In this document: in pieces, positions 11,494 to 20,207 of the stretch
Numbering within the stretch: position 1 is the stretch's first letter
Layout of the letters: each line of letters starts with the position of its first letter
NCBI GenBank assembly: GCA_051382335.1
Contig: JBBCAX010000062.1
Span: 1 to 42,375, forward strand
Origin: Deltaproteobacteria bacterium TL4
Lineage (GTDB): Bacteria; SAR324; NAC60-12
DNA length: 42,375 nucleotides
Reading direction: 5' to 3'
The notes under the pieces: model-generated
What the model saw: only the letters and a program-made list of their open reading frames with translations
What the model was told of the DNA's origin: nothing
Database searches by the model: none
Translations under genes and position numbers: made by a program

Positions 11494-11505
11494 ACTTGAA
11501 CGCCT

Positions 11506-11895
11506 ATGTCGACTTTAGCATATGGAACCGGGCGAAGAAAAACTTCGGTAGCTCGCGTGTATTTACGTCAAGGAGACGGAAAAATCACAGTAAACAAAAA
11601 AGATTTGGACGAATATTTTGTGCGTGGAACCCTGAGGATGTTGGTACGTCAACCTTTGGAACTTACAAACACTCTTTCCTCCTTTGATATCGTTATCAAT
11701 GTGCAGGGGGGGGGGTTGTCAGGACAGGCTGGAGCCATTCGTCATGGTATTTCAAGAGCATTATCTGGGTATGAAAGCGAAATGCGCCCTACCTTGAAGA
11801 AAAAAGGATTGCTCACACGAGATGCAAGAGAAGTGGAACGTAAGAAATACGGACAGGCCGGCGCAAGGAAGCGATTCCAGTATTCCAAACGATAG
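11506..11895 (+). CDS. rpsI: 30S ribosomal protein S9
   Basis: [23 protein letters not shown]-terminal QYSKR. Confidence 0.98.
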   Translation: MSTLAYGTGRRKTSVARVYLRQGDGKITVNKKDLDEYFVRGTLRMLVRQPLELTNTLSSFDIVINVQGGGLSGQAGAIRHGISRALSGYESEMRPTLKKKGLLTRDAREVERKKYGQAGARKRFQYSKR

Positions 11896-11896
11896 G

Positions 11897-12925
11897 ATGT
11901 CAGCCCTTACTCTGGTTACAGGGGCGACTGGATTTATTGGATCTCAGGTTGTCCTCCAGCTACTGAAGTCAGGCGCCTCGGTGCGGGTTCTCGTCAGAAC
12001 CCCTGAAAAACTCGCCGATTTTGGTTTACAAAGTCATCCTGAACTCAATGTATGCCGGGGTGATTTGTTAGACCCTAAAACCATTGCGTCCGCTTTGGAA
12101 GGGGTTGAGACGATTTACCATATCGCTGGTTTCATCTCAACCTTACATCGTGATCAAGAGAAAATTCATCAGTTGAATTATGACATCACGAAGAATTTGT
12201 TTGATGCTTGTAAGCAGCATTCGATTTCAAAAATTGTCTACCTCGCCAGTATTTTTGGTTTAGGTGGGGGAACACAAGCTCCTGTTAATGAAGAAACTCC
12301 TTTCAACCTCAATTATTTTCCAGTCGACTACGTTCAGAGCAAGCGAAAAATTGAAATCTATGCGCGTCAATGCGCCAAAGAGGGGTTGCCTTTGGTCTTC
12401 ATGTATCCCGGGTTTTGTTATGGGCCTGGCGATGTCTATATCTCCAGTTCCCGTATGATTGAATTATTTCTTCAACGCAAACTTCCCGCTTATATTCCAG
12501 GGGGGCAAAATGCGATGGATGTCCGAGATGCCGCACAAGGGCTGATTCTGGGCATGAAAAAAGGGCAAATAGGGGAGCGCTACATTATCGGAGGTGACAA
12601 CAAAACCTACCAGGAATTGTTTAAAATTCTTTCTCAACTGACACACCTTTCGGCGCCACGGATTAAACTGCCCCCCAAAGTCGGTCAGATCGTGGGCGGA
12701 TTGATGGAGTTGATTCGCAAAGACCCCTTAATCGATTTTCAATCCGCAACAATGATGGGACAGTTCTGGTATTATGATTCATCGAAAGCCACTCGGGAAC
12801 TAGGCTACCAAACGCGACCTCTTCAAGAAACCTTCCGCGATGCTATCATTTGGTTTTGTGAAAATGGCAGAGCCCCATGGCCTTCAAAGTCACCCCTTCT
12901 TGAACAATATCTTAGCCAATCTTGA
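11897..12925 (+). CDS. NAD-dependent epimerase/dehydratase (dihydroflavonol reductase/HpnA-like extended SDR)
   Basis: LVTGATGFIG, YVQSK (YxxxK), YGPGD. ATG at 11897 directly follows the rpsI stop. Confidence 0.88.
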   Translation: MSALTLVTGATGFIGSQVVLQLLKSGASVRVLVRTPEKLADFGLQSHPELNVCRGDLLDPKTIASALEGVETIYHIAGFISTLHRDQEKIHQLNYDITKNLFDACKQHSISKIVYLASIFGLGGGTQAPVNEETPFNLNYFPVDYVQSKRKIEIYARQCAKEGLPLVFMYPGFCYGPGDVYISSSRMIELFLQRKLPAYIPGGQNAMDVRDAAQGLILGMKKGQIGERYIIGGDNKTYQELFKILSQLTHLSAPRIKLPPKVGQIVGGLMELIRKDPLIDFQSATMMGQFWYYDSSKATRELGYQTRPLQETFRDAIIWFCENGRAPWPSKSPLLEQYLSQS

Positions 12926-13106
12926 AGCACCCCCCCTTTTACAAGTTTCTGACAGGGTTTTCCCTGATTCCATCGAATTGAGTGGTGCTTCCGAAATTTT
13001 GTGGTTCGTTCGAGGGATCACTGAAAATGCGTGGACTTTATAGACACGAACTGATATTTTTTCGCATGAGTGGTTAAAGCATTAATTCAGGAAAAAGGAA
13101 GGCGGA

Positions 13107-13595
13107 ATGGAAGATAAATTATCACAATTTTAAAAAATGACTGTTGTTGTCGCAGATACGGGTGATATTGAATCAATCAAACACTACAAACCTCAAGATG
13201 CGACGACGAATCCATCGTTGATCTATAAAGCCTCACAAATGGAGAAATATGCGAACCTGTTGGATGAGGCGCGAGTTTGGGCAACGAAAGAAGGCGGAAC
13301 ACCTCAAGTTCGACTGGAGAATGCGGCTGATAAACTGTTTGTGAATTTTGGCATTGAGTTATTAAAAATCATTCCAGGTAGAGTTTCCACAGACGGGGAT
13401 GTACGGTTACCCTTTGATACAGAGGGAACGATCCAAAGAACCCGGAAGTTGATAAGCGTTACCGAAAGTTGAAATGGACGAAAAAAATTCAGATGGCTGC
13501 TGAACGAAGACGCCATGGTAACAGAAAAACTTGCGGCAGGAATTCGGAATTTTAGCACAGACTTGGAAAAATTAGAAACACTCATTCAAAGATAA
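13107..13595 (+). pseudogene. tal: Transaldolase (TalB-type) pseudogene
   Basis: MEDKLSQF*KMTVVVADTGD (in-frame TAA at 13131) and DATTNPSLI, then loss of the protein centre. The C-terminal remnant [30 protein letters not shown] is in another frame and ends at TAA 13595. Confidence 0.88.
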
Positions 13596-13606
13596 AACGA
13601 GGTACT

Positions 13607-14839
13607 ATGGAAAAAACACTGATTGTTTCAAATGTGAGTGATGCTTCATTTGCAATGGATGTCGCTTATGCTCATGGGCAAAAACTCGATATTTCAGATT
13701 TGATTGCGCTGAAATCCTTTGCCAATAGTGAATTTTGTCCCAGATTTCTGTTAGAGGATGTGACCGAAGAAAATTTAGGAAAAGGCTTGGAGGGAAAATC
13801 CGTTTATATCATTTCAACAGCGTCTCCTCATTATACCCGGAATGAATTGGCGATGCGCAATTTTCTGATCGCCCGAGCTGCGAAGGAAAACGGCGCGGAA
13901 TTTGTCGCGTTGGTGGAACCTGATTTGTTTTATTCGGCACAGGATCGGGGCCCTCGTACTTTGACGCATCCTCAAGTCACGGATTTTAAGTCCAGAGAAA
14001 AGTTTGTAGGGCAACCTTGTACAGCGGAACTGTACGCCAGATTACTCAAGGATGCTGGTGTTGATTTGGTGATGACCGTTCATAATCATAAACCCAAAGT
14101 CTTGAAAACCCTTTATGAAAAAATATTTCAAGAGGCCCCGGGTCAAGATCATCCCCGTTTTATTAATTTGGACATCTCTCCGCTTGTCGCTAATTATATT
14201 CTCCGTTCAGGATTGGCACGCTTGAGCAATTATGGCGAAAATGTAGGGTTTATTGCCCCGGATGATGGCGCTGTCGAATTTGTTCAGCATGTGAGAATGC
14301 TGACTGGACTTAAAAATTCGATTCTGGTGAATATGAAAAAAACCAGGCATAGCCAACGTGAGGTGGAAATCGATATTGCTGAAGAGGTGAGTCTCCTCAA
14401 AAATAAGGATGTGTTTATTTTGGATGATATGGTTCGCACAGGAGGAACTATTGCCGCGAATGTCAAATTACTTTCAGAAGATGAACACTCACGCCCCGCT
14501 AATATTTTCTTTTATTGTACGCATACCTATATTTCTCCTGAAGGACGAGAAAATCTCTATGCTCCTGAATTAACACAGTTCATCACAACGAATACCATTC
14601 CCAATATCCTCAATCGAGACGATCAAGGCCGCCTCCGTAAAAAAACGATTGTCATCAAAATCGAAAAATGGATTGCGAATGCCATCCTCTGTTTTATTGA
14701 GCAGCGTCATGGAACTAATCTCGTTGAAGATCCCAGTGATATCCTGTTGGCGGACAGATATTATGACGTTGACTTTTCTTACAAGAATAAGCTGTTGAAC
14801 AAGGCGAGATCCTATTATGACAAATCCCGTGATTTCTAA
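13607..14839 (+). CDS. Ribose-phosphate pyrophosphokinase-family protein (divergent, 410 aa)
   Basis: FANSE, FYSAQDR, APDDGA, PRPP-binding motif ILDDMVRTGGT, CTH, TTNTIP. Confidence 0.8.
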   Translation: MEKTLIVSNVSDASFAMDVAYAHGQKLDISDLIALKSFANSEFCPRFLLEDVTEENLGKGLEGKSVYIISTASPHYTRNELAMRNFLIARAAKENGAEFVALVEPDLFYSAQDRGPRTLTHPQVTDFKSREKFVGQPCTAELYARLLKDAGVDLVMTVHNHKPKVLKTLYEKIFQEAPGQDHPRFINLDISPLVANYILRSGLARLSNYGENVGFIAPDDGAVEFVQHVRMLTGLKNSILVNMKKTRHSQREVEIDIAEEVSLLKNKDVFILDDMVRTGGTIAANVKLLSEDEHSRPANIFFYCTHTYISPEGRENLYAPELTQFITTNTIPNILNRDDQGRLRKKTIVIKIEKWIANAILCFIEQRHGTNLVEDPSDILLADRYYDVDFSYKNKLLNKARSYYDKSRDF

Positions 14840-14910
14840 AGCGTGTGGGCGCGTTAGTGGCCAAGATAAGTTTCGTCCTAGAGACTGAATTTTGCTCCGG
14901 GGCCGCGAAT

Positions 14911-15378
14911 TTATTTTAGCGACTCTTCATTGCAGTTTGAGGATGGTAAAATTTTCAAAACACGGGGAATCAGTTTGGCTTCATTCGCAAATTTCCGATC
15001 AAAAACCACGATGAACGAAAAGGCCACCATAAAGCCCACAAAGGAGCCAATCAAGGTTGAGATATCTTGTGATAGCGAAAAGTACTGATGAACGTTTGCT
15101 CCTGAAAACGCACCCATCAACAGACCTATCAAGGGGACGACCCAAATCAGGAAAGATACTTTCAATTCTGTATGTCCGGTCAGATCAAACTCGACAAGAT
15201 CCCCCTTCTTCGCGCCAATGGGGTTATCGACGATAATCAATTCAGCGACACTTTCTTCAAACGCGCTATCAAAAGAACAACCGGATTTTTCGGCACATTC
15301 TCCACAGACCCCTCTTCTCGAAGTTGAGACTTGGGTCACTCCATTTTTGATCGCGACGACAATGCCTTTTCGTGACAT
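14911..15378 (-). CDS. RseC/MucC-family membrane protein (Rnf/SoxR-reducing-system associated)
   Basis: CGECAEKSGC motif, NPIGAKKGDLV, two TM helices; divergent from the rnf genes. Confidence 0.85.
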   Translation of the reverse strand: MSRKGIVVAIKNGVTQVSTSRRGVCGECAEKSGCSFDSAFEESVAELIIVDNPIGAKKGDLVEFDLTGHTELKVSFLIWVVPLIGLLMGAFSGANVHQYFSLSQDISTLIGSFVGFMVAFSFIVVFDRKFANEAKLIPRVLKILPSSNCNEESLK

Positions 15379-15736
15379 GAATAAACTCCCTGATTCAAAT
15401 TTGTGCTCAACCGATAATAAATTTACAATTACCTTAAATAACTAGGTTTCTTTGAGAACCAACCCATTTTTTGAAGTTTTTTGACAGTCCCTCTTGCTCC
15501 ATTTTTACCTTGTAAATGCTGTTCATTTGAATATTATGCACACCTTATTGGATTTACAACAGTAAATTAAGTTACACTTTTTCTCAATGATGAAGAAACA
15601 GCTCCCCGTTCTCTTTCCTCACCATGATATTTTGCTCCTGTTGATCTAAAAAAAACAGCCAAAAAGATTCTTAACATTGAGAAGTGGTTTGTTCCGGATT
15701 TATTTTGAATTTAAATGCCGCATTAAATAGTTGTTT

Positions 15737-18019
15737 ATGAAAATACCTGATCCATTAGGCTGTCGCGAAACACGTTTTAGAATTCATACCCAAAACACAC
15801 CGATCATCGATCTTAAGATTCCCTCGACGTTGAATTTTACTCTGAGTAATTTGAAGGGGACCACCTATTCCTCTCTGGTTAAAAGTGGCGATGACATCAA
15901 ATCGGGTCAACCCCTGTGGGCCATTGATTCAAAACCTCAATTTCCAAGTCCCGTCAATGGCAAAGTAACCCAAATTGTAAACGTTCCTGATATAAGAGGA
16001 AACAAGTTTCTCCCGGCCGTTAGTGTTAAGCCGTCCTCTGATACTTCTTCAAAAATTTTTTCTCCTTTGAATCCACTGAAAGACTCCGCTTCTGTTTTAA
16101 AGGAACGCATTGAACAGGCCGGGATTCAGATTGATTCGAACGGTATCGTTCCCTTGGTTGAACTGTTGTTTCCGAAGGCGGAACTGTCGATTGACGCGAT
16201 CATCATCTCAGCGGTTGATCGGGAACCGGGCGTCACCTCGACCATTCAGCAGTTTCGTGAACGCAGCAAAGATGCGATAACCGCCACGAACTTGATCGCG
16301 AAAACAACCGGTGTTAAAAAAATGTTCATCGCGGTTCCTGATACCCTTGAAAATGATCTGTCCGCGGTTTCTCAGCCTAACCAGATTGAGATCTTGACGA
16401 TCCCCGCGAAATATCCTGAAAGTTTCGATGCGGCTTTAATCAAAAGGACAGGAGTTCAGGGGCCTGTCGTTGTCATTAATGTAGAGGCGGCATTAGCGGT
16501 TCTGGATGCGGTTCAGCTTGGGAAAATTCAAGACACCAAGGTCATCTCAGTGATCGGGGTTAACAACACCCTGGTGGGTAATTATCGGGTTTCACTGGGT
16601 GCTCGTTTTGAGGATATTTTTTCAGAATTAGGAATCAAACTCACCCACTGCGATAAAGTGGTCGCTGGAGGCCCTATGCGGGGTTATGCTCAGTATGCTC
16701 TTGCCGGTTCTGTAGACACAGGGATCAACGCGCTGATGATGATTCCAGCGGATTCCATAACCGAATGGACAGGAGAGCCTTGTATCTATTGCGGAAATTG
16801 TGTTGACGTGTGTCCGGTGAATCTTCAACCACAACTCCTTGGAAACTACAGTGAGTTTTGTCTGTTTGAAAAAACCAGGGAATTTGAGATTGAGCAGTGT
16901 CTCGAGTGTGGTCTCTGCGCTTCGGTTTGCCCTTCGAAAAGGTCGTTGGTTCAGATGATTGTTTTGGCAAAAAAAGAAATTCAAAAGGCGGAAGAGGCGC
17001 AATCCGGTGATAATAATGAGCAGCAGTCAAAACACCCCTTAATCCCTAAATTGGCGACCAATGATCCAGCCCTTGTTTTGTTTTCGACAGCGCCTAAATT
17101 AACAGTGGGCTACGCACCTCATTGGCGTTCAAAAATCAGTCTTGCCAAAATTAACTTTGCCTTCATATTTGCTCTGATTCCAGCCATTTTTACAGGAGCG
17201 GTTGTTCAATTCTACAGTGCGAGGACCGCCGAATTAAATGCCACCTTGGGTCCTATCAACCGTGTGCTCAAATCTTTTGTTCTGGAAATGGGACTCAACG
17301 CAAATTTTCTATGGTTTTCCGGTATTTTCGGAACGGTGGCCCTTGGGATTGGGGCTGGAATTTTATCTGAGTATTTGTGCCAGGTCTCCATGAGGCAACC
17401 CTATCATGTGACCAATGGGCATGGAGCGCTTATGGGGCTGATACTCACCCTGATGATGCCGCCTTCTGTTCCCGCGTGGGTATTGGTCGTGGGAATCTTT
17501 CTCTCCATCTTCATTGGCAAACAGCTTTTCGGCGGGATCGGAAGTTATCCGATGCATCCGGTGATGGTAGGTTGGTTGCTTGTGCTTTTATCATGGCCTC
17601 AATATGTTTATCCCATCGGCATGACCAGTATCGCCTCAGCTCATTCCTCCGTAATTGTTGCTACCGCGGTTGGGGGCGTGGTTCTTTGTCTTTTGGGAAC
17701 CATTCGCTATGAAATTCCTGTCGCGGTGATCCTCAGCGTGGTCCTGTTTTCATTAGTTTTTCAAAGCAAAATTGGTGGAGTCGCGGACCAACTGTTAGCG
17801 GGACATGTGGTGCTTGCCGCGTTTTTTATTGCCACCGACTCGACGTGTTCCCCCGCAAACAAAATAGCCAGGTGGGTTTACGGATTTGGGGTCGGGTTTC
17901 TAATCATGTTGATTCGTGCTTATGGAATATGGCCTGATTCGGTTCCTTTTGCCATATTACTGATGAATATTCTCAATCCACTAATAGATCGGCTCAGGCC
18001 TAAAGTAATAAAAGGATGA
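15737..18019 (+). CDS. rnfCD: RnfC-RnfD fusion protein
   Basis: N-half: LVKSGD..SPVNGKV, DREPG, YP, GGPMRG, CIYCGNCVDVCP and CLECGLCASVCP. C-half: APH, GKQLFGGIG, HP, FFIATD, LIRAYG, FAILLMN. One continuous ORF. Confidence 0.9.
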   Translation: MKIPDPLGCRETRFRIHTQNTPIIDLKIPSTLNFTLSNLKGTTYSSLVKSGDDIKSGQPLWAIDSKPQFPSPVNGKVTQIVNVPDIRGNKFLPAVSVKPSSDTSSKIFSPLNPLKDSASVLKERIEQAGIQIDSNGIVPLVELLFPKAELSIDAIIISAVDREPGVTSTIQQFRERSKDAITATNLIAKTTGVKKMFIAVPDTLENDLSAVSQPNQIEILTIPAKYPESFDAALIKRTGVQGPVVVINVEAALAVLDAVQLGKIQDTKVISVIGVNNTLVGNYRVSLGARFEDIFSELGIKLTHCDKVVAGGPMRGYAQYALAGSVDTGINALMMIPADSITEWTGEPCIYCGNCVDVCPVNLQPQLLGNYSEFCLFEKTREFEIEQCLECGLCASVCPSKRSLVQMIVLAKKEIQKAEEAQSGDNNEQQSKHPLIPKLATNDPALVLFSTAPKLTVGYAPHWRSKISLAKINFAFIFALIPAIFTGAVVQFYSARTAELNATLGPINRVLKSFVLEMGLNANFLWFSGIFGTVALGIGAGILSEYLCQVSMRQPYHVTNGHGALMGLILTLMMPPSVPAWVLVVGIFLSIFIGKQLFGGIGSYPMHPVMVGWLLVLLSWPQYVYPIGMTSIASAHSSVIVATAVGGVVLCLLGTIRYEIPVAVILSVVLFSLVFQSKIGGVADQLLAGHVVLAAFFIATDSTCSPANKIARWVYGFGVGFLIMLIRAYGIWPDSVPFAILLMNILNPLIDRLRPKVIKG

Positions 18020-18026
18020 AATATAA

Positions 18027-18647
18027 ATGGGAAAGTCTGTCTATATGATCATAGTGTTATCCGTAATAACCCTGTTCAGTGGTTTGGCCTTGGGTGGCTT
18101 GAATGAATTGACTCAGGAAATTATTGAAAACAACGTCTTGAAGTTTAAAAAGATTCCAGCGGTTGCCAATATCTACGAAACCCTTGAGGGCAAACTGACT
18201 CCAGAAAATCGATTGGCTGTTGAAACGGCGCTTTTATCGGGAAGACAGTCTGTGGATCTTGGTGGAAAAGTGCCTCTCCTTCTTTTTGTCATAAAAAAAG
18301 AAGATAAACCTTATGCGGTGGCTTTTGAAGACTTTGGTCAGGGCTTTGGTGGAAATTTAGGGGTCATGGTCGGTTACAACCTTGAAACTGGTGACCTTGT
18401 TGGCATTGGAATTACGACTTTATCCGAAACCCCGGGTGTTGGGACACGAGTGAAGGAAATTGAATTTACCAAACAGTTCAACGGCATGAGCAAAGATAAA
18501 GTGTTCAAAGTTAGAAAAGATGGCGGTGATATTGACGCGGTGACTGGTGCGACAGTCTCCAGTAGAGCGGTTGCCTTTGCTATTAACAGAACGCTGTCCG
18601 TTTATAAGAATCATAAAGATTCCATGATTAAAGTGATCCATCAATAA
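18027..18647 (+). CDS. rnfG: Rnf complex subunit G (FMN-binding)
   Basis: N-terminal TM helix, GFGG, ETPGVG, flavinylation motif DAVTGATVSS. Confidence 0.95.
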   Translation: MGKSVYMIIVLSVITLFSGLALGGLNELTQEIIENNVLKFKKIPAVANIYETLEGKLTPENRLAVETALLSGRQSVDLGGKVPLLLFVIKKEDKPYAVAFEDFGQGFGGNLGVMVGYNLETGDLVGIGITTLSETPGVGTRVKEIEFTKQFNGMSKDKVFKVRKDGGDIDAVTGATVSSRAVAFAINRTLSVYKNHKDSMIKVIHQ

Positions 18648-18663
18648 ATTCGGAGAGACCTCA

Positions 18664-19263
18664 ATGGGAACAGTTGTAAAAGAATTTACAAAGGGACTCT
18701 GGAAAGAAATTCCACCGTTCAGATTAGTGCTGGGTATATGTGCGACCTTAGCGGTAACCACATCCCTGGAAAACGGAATGGGACTGGGAATTTCAACAAC
18801 CTTTGTGCTGGTATGCTCGAATGTCATGATTTCCGCGCTGAGAAAAGTCATTCCAAATGAAGTCCGAGTCGCTTGTTATGTTGTGATCATCGCAACCTTT
18901 GTGGTTTGTGTGGAAATGGTTACCAAAGCCTATTTTTTCAAGTTATCAGAAAGTCTCGGTTTGTTTATTCCCTTGATCGTGGTCAATTGTATCATTCTTG
19001 GCCGTGCGGAAGCCTTTGCCAGAAAAAATGGAGTATTGGAATCGTTTGCGGATGGGCTTGGAATGGGCTTGGGATATACGACAGCGCTCGCCGTTGTTGG
19101 CGCAATTCGGGAATTTTTTGGCGCTGGAAAATTGGAATTGTTATTTGGAAATGTGGTTTTTATTCAAGAACCTTTTAATTTTCTTCAACGGGCTCCGGGC
19201 GCGTTTGTCGTTTTGGGACTCATGCTTGGCTTGATGAACCTTCTGGGTCGATCAAGCAATTAA
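18664..19263 (+). CDS. rnfE: Rnf complex subunit E
   Basis: LGICATLAVT, LGLFIPLIVVNCIILGRAEAFA, PGAF. Confidence 0.96.
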   Translation: MGTVVKEFTKGLWKEIPPFRLVLGICATLAVTTSLENGMGLGISTTFVLVCSNVMISALRKVIPNEVRVACYVVIIATFVVCVEMVTKAYFFKLSESLGLFIPLIVVNCIILGRAEAFARKNGVLESFADGLGMGLGYTTALAVVGAIREFFGAGKLELLFGNVVFIQEPFNFLQRAPGAFVVLGLMLGLMNLLGRSSN

Positions 19264-19277
19264 GAGAGAGTTAGAGA

Positions 19278-19853
19278 ATGGATCATTATTTTGCGCTAAT
19301 TATCGGGGCGATCTTCATCAACAACATTTTGTTGGCTCAGTTTTTAGGAAACTGCCCTTTTTTGGGAGTGTCCAAAAAAATGGATACCGCGATAGGGATG
19401 TCCGCGTCAGTGGTGTTTGTCCTTACCCTTTCAGGCATAATAACCTGGGTTGTTGACCGCTTTCTGCTCATTCCCAATGATATCGGTTACATTCAAACCA
19501 TGGCCTTTATTTTGGTGATTGCGGCCTTGGTTCAGTTCCTTGAACTTTTTCTAAAGAAAAGCCTCCCGGCTCTGTATAAATCTTTGGGAATTTTTTTGCC
19601 TTTGATCACCACAAACTGCGCTGTTCTGGGTGTCGCGATTATTAATGTTCAGGAAGGTTACACTCTTTTGGAAACCATTCTTTTTTCCTGTTCGTCCGCG
19701 ATTGGTTTTGGTTTGGCCCTCGTCCTGTTTGCGGGAATTCGGGAACGCTTTGAAATCGCCAGGATTCCCAAATCTCTTGAAGGAACAGGTATCGGCCTTG
19801 TGACTGCCGGATTGATGGCTTTGTCTTTCTTTGCTTTCAAAGGCATGGTTTAA
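19278..19853 (+). CDS. rnfA: Rnf complex subunit A
   Basis: NNILLAQFLGNCPFLGVSKK, LGIFLPLITTNCAVLG. Confidence 0.96.
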   Translation: MDHYFALIIGAIFINNILLAQFLGNCPFLGVSKKMDTAIGMSASVVFVLTLSGIITWVVDRFLLIPNDIGYIQTMAFILVIAALVQFLELFLKKSLPALYKSLGIFLPLITTNCAVLGVAIINVQEGYTLLETILFSCSSAIGFGLALVLFAGIRERFEIARIPKSLEGTGIGLVTAGLMALSFFAFKGMV

Positions 19854-19913
19854 TTTTTATGGGAAATAAACGTGTAGGTTCAGTTGGTTCGTGGATTGAA
19901 CCGATACAAATAA

Positions 19914-20049
19914 AGGCTACTCACTTAAGGCGGGGCATTGGTAGGCGGGGATTACATGCCCCGCTTTTCTGATCATTTCTGATCGTTGAGGTTGCCGGAC
20001 ACGTAGTTCCGGCCTACCATCAAGGTGTCCCGGGTTAAGTGGGTAGCCT
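19914..20049. repeat. REPIN/MITE-like element: 15-bp terminal inverted repeats around two inverted GTAG-type REP palindromes
   Basis: AGGCTACTCACTTAA (19914-19928) vs TTAAGTGGGTAGCCT (20035-20049), 14/15 match. Internal GTAG-GCGGGG..CCCCGC and, on the minus strand, GTAG-GCCGGA..TCCGGC. Confidence 0.75.
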
Positions 20050-20072
20050 ATCAAACTAGCACCATTGGTTGG

Positions 20073-20175
20073 TATAGTGCTCAAGGAAAGTTTTGTCCTG
20101 GGAGCGAGGGCATCTTGCCCTCACCGGAGGGCTAGACGCCCTCCCCCCGAGACAAAACTTTTCTGGACATCTATA
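20073..20175. repeat. Second REPIN/MITE-like palindromic element
   Basis: TATAG...AAAGTTTTGTC / GACAAAACTTT...CTATA outer inverted repeat; internal hairpins GAGGGCATCTTGCCCTC and GAGGGCTAGACGCCCTC. Confidence 0.7.
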
Positions 20176-20207
20176 GCCCCAAATAAACATCGTTTACAGA
20201 GGTTAAA

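Noticed and set aside
11822..11896. N-terminal extension of the epimerase overlapping rpsI
   Set aside because: The ATG at 11897 directly precedes the Rossmann motif; the extension is an ORF-calling artefact.
18017..18029. Selenocysteine or readthrough fusion of RnfCD to RnfG at the TGA
   Set aside because: rnfG begins in a different frame and RnfD is already complete.
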